64,000 nucleotides of DNA, taken from positions 15,963,153 through 16,027,152 of the forward strand of contig JAHRHZ010000070.1 of NCBI GenBank assembly GCA_024137785.1. Direction: 5' to 3'. Position 1 is the stretch's first letter, and every line of letters starts with the position of its first letter. The notes under the pieces are model-generated. The model searched no databases. It saw only the letters and a program-made list of their open reading frames with translations, and had not been told where the DNA came from. The position numbers and the translations under genes were made by a program. This DNA is from Ginglymostoma cirratum (Eukaryota). This document shows positions 60,890 to 64,000 of this stretch, piece by piece.

Positions 60890-63669
60890 GTAAGTGTGCG
60901 TCATGCTCTCATTTGCCTGCCCCATCCACTGCTAGCAAATTCTGGGCACAGCAAAGCGCCTCATGTCAACATCATTGTTTTATACATTTTTCACGTGTTA
61001 CTTTGTACTGCAGCAGCCTAGGAAGGGAGAAGTTTGCTTGGCTGCCTCATTTACCTGTCTATTTTGAAGAAATGACTTGATTCATTGTATAAAATGTGTC
61101 CAAATGTCTATACAATGAAAGAAAAAGACAAAGAGGTCAGGGACACAACAATTGGTTCACCTTGATCATGAATATTGTCCATTGAGAACAGCAGAGGCCC
61201 AGAAATGCACCATGATGTTTACGAAACATACAATTGAAAGGCTGGCTGTACCACAAAAATGTTCTTAACATGACCTGTTTTTGAACCAATGCTTATTTTA
61301 AACTGAACATGGTGGAAGGTATTTATAAAGCAATGCAGGGGTCACTTGTCATGAACTGGTTCTGGGCATGTTGGTTATTAAGAACTAATGTCAGAGTGAG
61401 TAAGTCCAGTTTTTCTCTTGAGGATCTAAACAGTGGGATGAGGTAGAATGGCCTCACGGACCCTTGGCCTGAGCTCACCTCGGCATGAGGGGTGTGAATC
61501 TCCACTCGCTGATGTGGATGTTCTACCTGAAGTGAATTGAGTTATTTGTGGCCAGCACAGAATCACAGTGCCAGTGTCCATTGTTCAGCCCAGTTTGATC
61601 CTCTCGGAGGCCAGCAACGATGTCTGCCGTGGAAAATGGAAACTTAACTCTACGGTAGTGCAGGGCAAGTGGAGGGTGCAAAGTGCAGAAACACTTAAGA
61701 CATTCAGTGAAAGTAATCAGATCCCTGTTCCTAGATTTGGGAATTTTGAACCTCCCCACCCCTACGCTCAACAATAAACTCTGCTACACAAGATGCAGTC
61801 ATTGTACATGTCAAATGAGACCTTGATTCCACTTGACATCCCTCCTCCTAAGACAATATCTTCTTTTCAGGATGTGGTTGGCTGTCTCACTTTACCGTCT
61901 TTTGCTTCACTTTGTCCTCGTGACTGCTCAGCTGTTCCCTTTTGTTTTTCCCAGCGGATCTAGCTTGCCTTCATTGTTTTCAACACATTCCTTGCTATGA
62001 TTTCCACCACCATCACCTCTGCTGACCAAATTGTGGGCAATTTAAAGCATTGTCCCTAGCTCTTTAAATGCTCTAGATCTGGATCATTTCCCTTCTGAGG
62101 TTGCTCTCCACACTTTGATCTCCCAACCTAGGCCACACGTGCACATGGTAGAGCCAATAAGTGAAGCAGTAAGGCATTTTGTTTCCCACCAATGACATTC
62201 GTCACATTAGTAAGTACAAAAAGGAAGCGAAAATGGTTTAAAACTGATCATGTTACAGAAGCAAATTTTTTTTTTTGTGGCTAGTACAAGTCTTTCAGTT
62301 TGAAATATTGCCAGTTTCTCAGTGAATTGGATGACTGTTGAATTTCCCAGACAATGGGACAACTTTTCAGCTTGATGCCTGGCTTTAAAACTGACACTAA
62401 GAATTGACCACCCCTTGTAGAAACTGCCGATTTTAATTTCCACAACAGAGATGAAATTTGTGCACTTCCTATAGCAGGTGAAGCTGGTTTTACATGTGAG
62501 AAGGTTAACTCGAAGAATCTGCAGTGAAATGTGTGTTAAAAGTTATAATTAAAGGTGTGTGTTCAATGCCAGCAGGCCAATTGGAAAATGACTGCAAGAA
62601 TTGGCATTCAAATCCATTTCCAAAGTCTCTATTCACCCACATTAATTTGCACCTGCCTGCATGGACCTCCACCGTTGTAGCATGTTTAAAGTGCTACATA
62701 AATACAATTTGCCTGAGGAAAAATAGATCTTCAACTGCATGATTCCTGACCCCCCAAGATGGTCCCATTTGTTAACGCTTATACCATCTCAGCAATTAAC
62801 AGAATCAAGGACTAATGCTATCACAAACAAGAAATTAGGTTTTCCCCTCCTGTGAAATGAATAATATCTGAAATGGATTATTTTGGAAGTTCATATATTT
62901 ACAATGAACAGCCTCTTTTTACTGACCACATAGGCATGTTTCATTTGAAAACTTTGCAGCTTTAAATTCCTTTGTGTCAATGCAATTAAGAGACCTTGAT
63001 GAATTATTTCTAGTGGGGTCTAATTTTAAACAAACGGTCCCACTTTTTTAAAAAAAAATCCCACTTTGAATATGGGGTGAATGTATTGTACTGCTACTGA
63101 GTTTGTCTAGTGTAAATGGCTGCCACCAACAGATAGTGAATTCTTGAACACCCAGAACAGACAAAATATTCCGCAAAACAGAATTCGGTTCAGATTTAAA
63201 ATGGGCATTCTCACTTTTTTTGATAAAAAAGACTAATGGTAGAAGCATTTTAATTGGGTAACAGGATGCATCTGCACAAATTTAAATTATTTTCAGGATT
63301 TGCAATAAATATAATGTACCATAAATTTGAGAAATCTTGAAATTTCTGCTGCTATTTTGAAAGAAAAACAAAATGCTTATGTTTTGAGAGTGAGGGCTAT
63401 GAAAAAGCAGATATATTTTGGAATGTCAGTGAACATCCAAATGTGAATTTATTAACATTCGCACAATACTTGGCTAAGTTTGGAATTGTAGCTAACACAT
63501 ACAACACTAAAAATTTTATCACCCAATCTCTTCAAAACATAATATCTTTGTATAATAGAACACAAGGTAAAAGTCGAGGCAAAACCAGGGCATTGTTGTT
63601 GCCATTCGCCTCTTCACTTGCAGCTCAAATATTCCTGTTTCTTCATAGCCGATATTTGCCATTCTATGA

Positions 63670-64000
63670 TTGAAACATAGAGACATAGAAAGTAGGAGCA
63701 AAAGTAAACCATTCAGCCCGATCAGAGCTGATCATGAAACTCGGTTACCCTGTTCCTGGTTTCTTCACAAACCCTTTGATCTGTTTAGCCCTAAGAACTC
63801 CATTTTCAATTCCTTCTTGAAAACATTTAATATATTGGCCTCAACCACATTATGTGGCAGAGAATTCCACAGACTCAACATTCCTTGGGTGAACATTTCT
63901 CCTCATCTCAGTCCTAAAGTAATTTTCTCGTGTCCTTAGACTGTGACCCACTAGTTCGGGACTTCCCTGCATCCTTCCTGCATTTGCTCTGCCTAGTCCT
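63670..64000 (-). mobile_element. CR1 LINE 3' end (runs off window)
   Basis: aacatagagacatagaaagtaggagc...ggcagagaattccacagactc. Confidence 0.8.

Overview
Vertebrate genomic DNA, most likely a shark or ray (inferred from abundant HE1-type V-SINEs, HER1/CR1 LINE tails and Deu-domain SINEs). One large + strand gene of the ZMIZ family (closest to ZMIZ1/Zimp10) spans the window. I traced 17 consecutive coding exons by hand from 24437 to 60889 (2798 nt, about 933 codons). All splice phases are consistent, there are no internal stops, and one intron is GC-AG. The upstream N-terminal exons and the canonical last exon were not found, so 1-24436 is read as part of one long intron. Introns are filled with SINE, LINE, Penelope-like and PIF/Harbinger remnants and microsatellites; repeat boundaries are approximate. 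There is no prokaryote-type system here. The best leads are all unvalidated candidates: an in-frame alternative first exon that would give an isoform lacking most of the TPR domain; three perfect octamer sites spaced exactly 20 bp apart; candidate microexons and poison exons; hammerhead-like motifs in Penelope-like fragments; and a ZMIZ1/ZMIZ2 mosaic of diagnostic residues that leaves paralog identity open. Comparisons to human ZMIZ1/ZMIZ2 are from recalled sequences, not from a run alignment.
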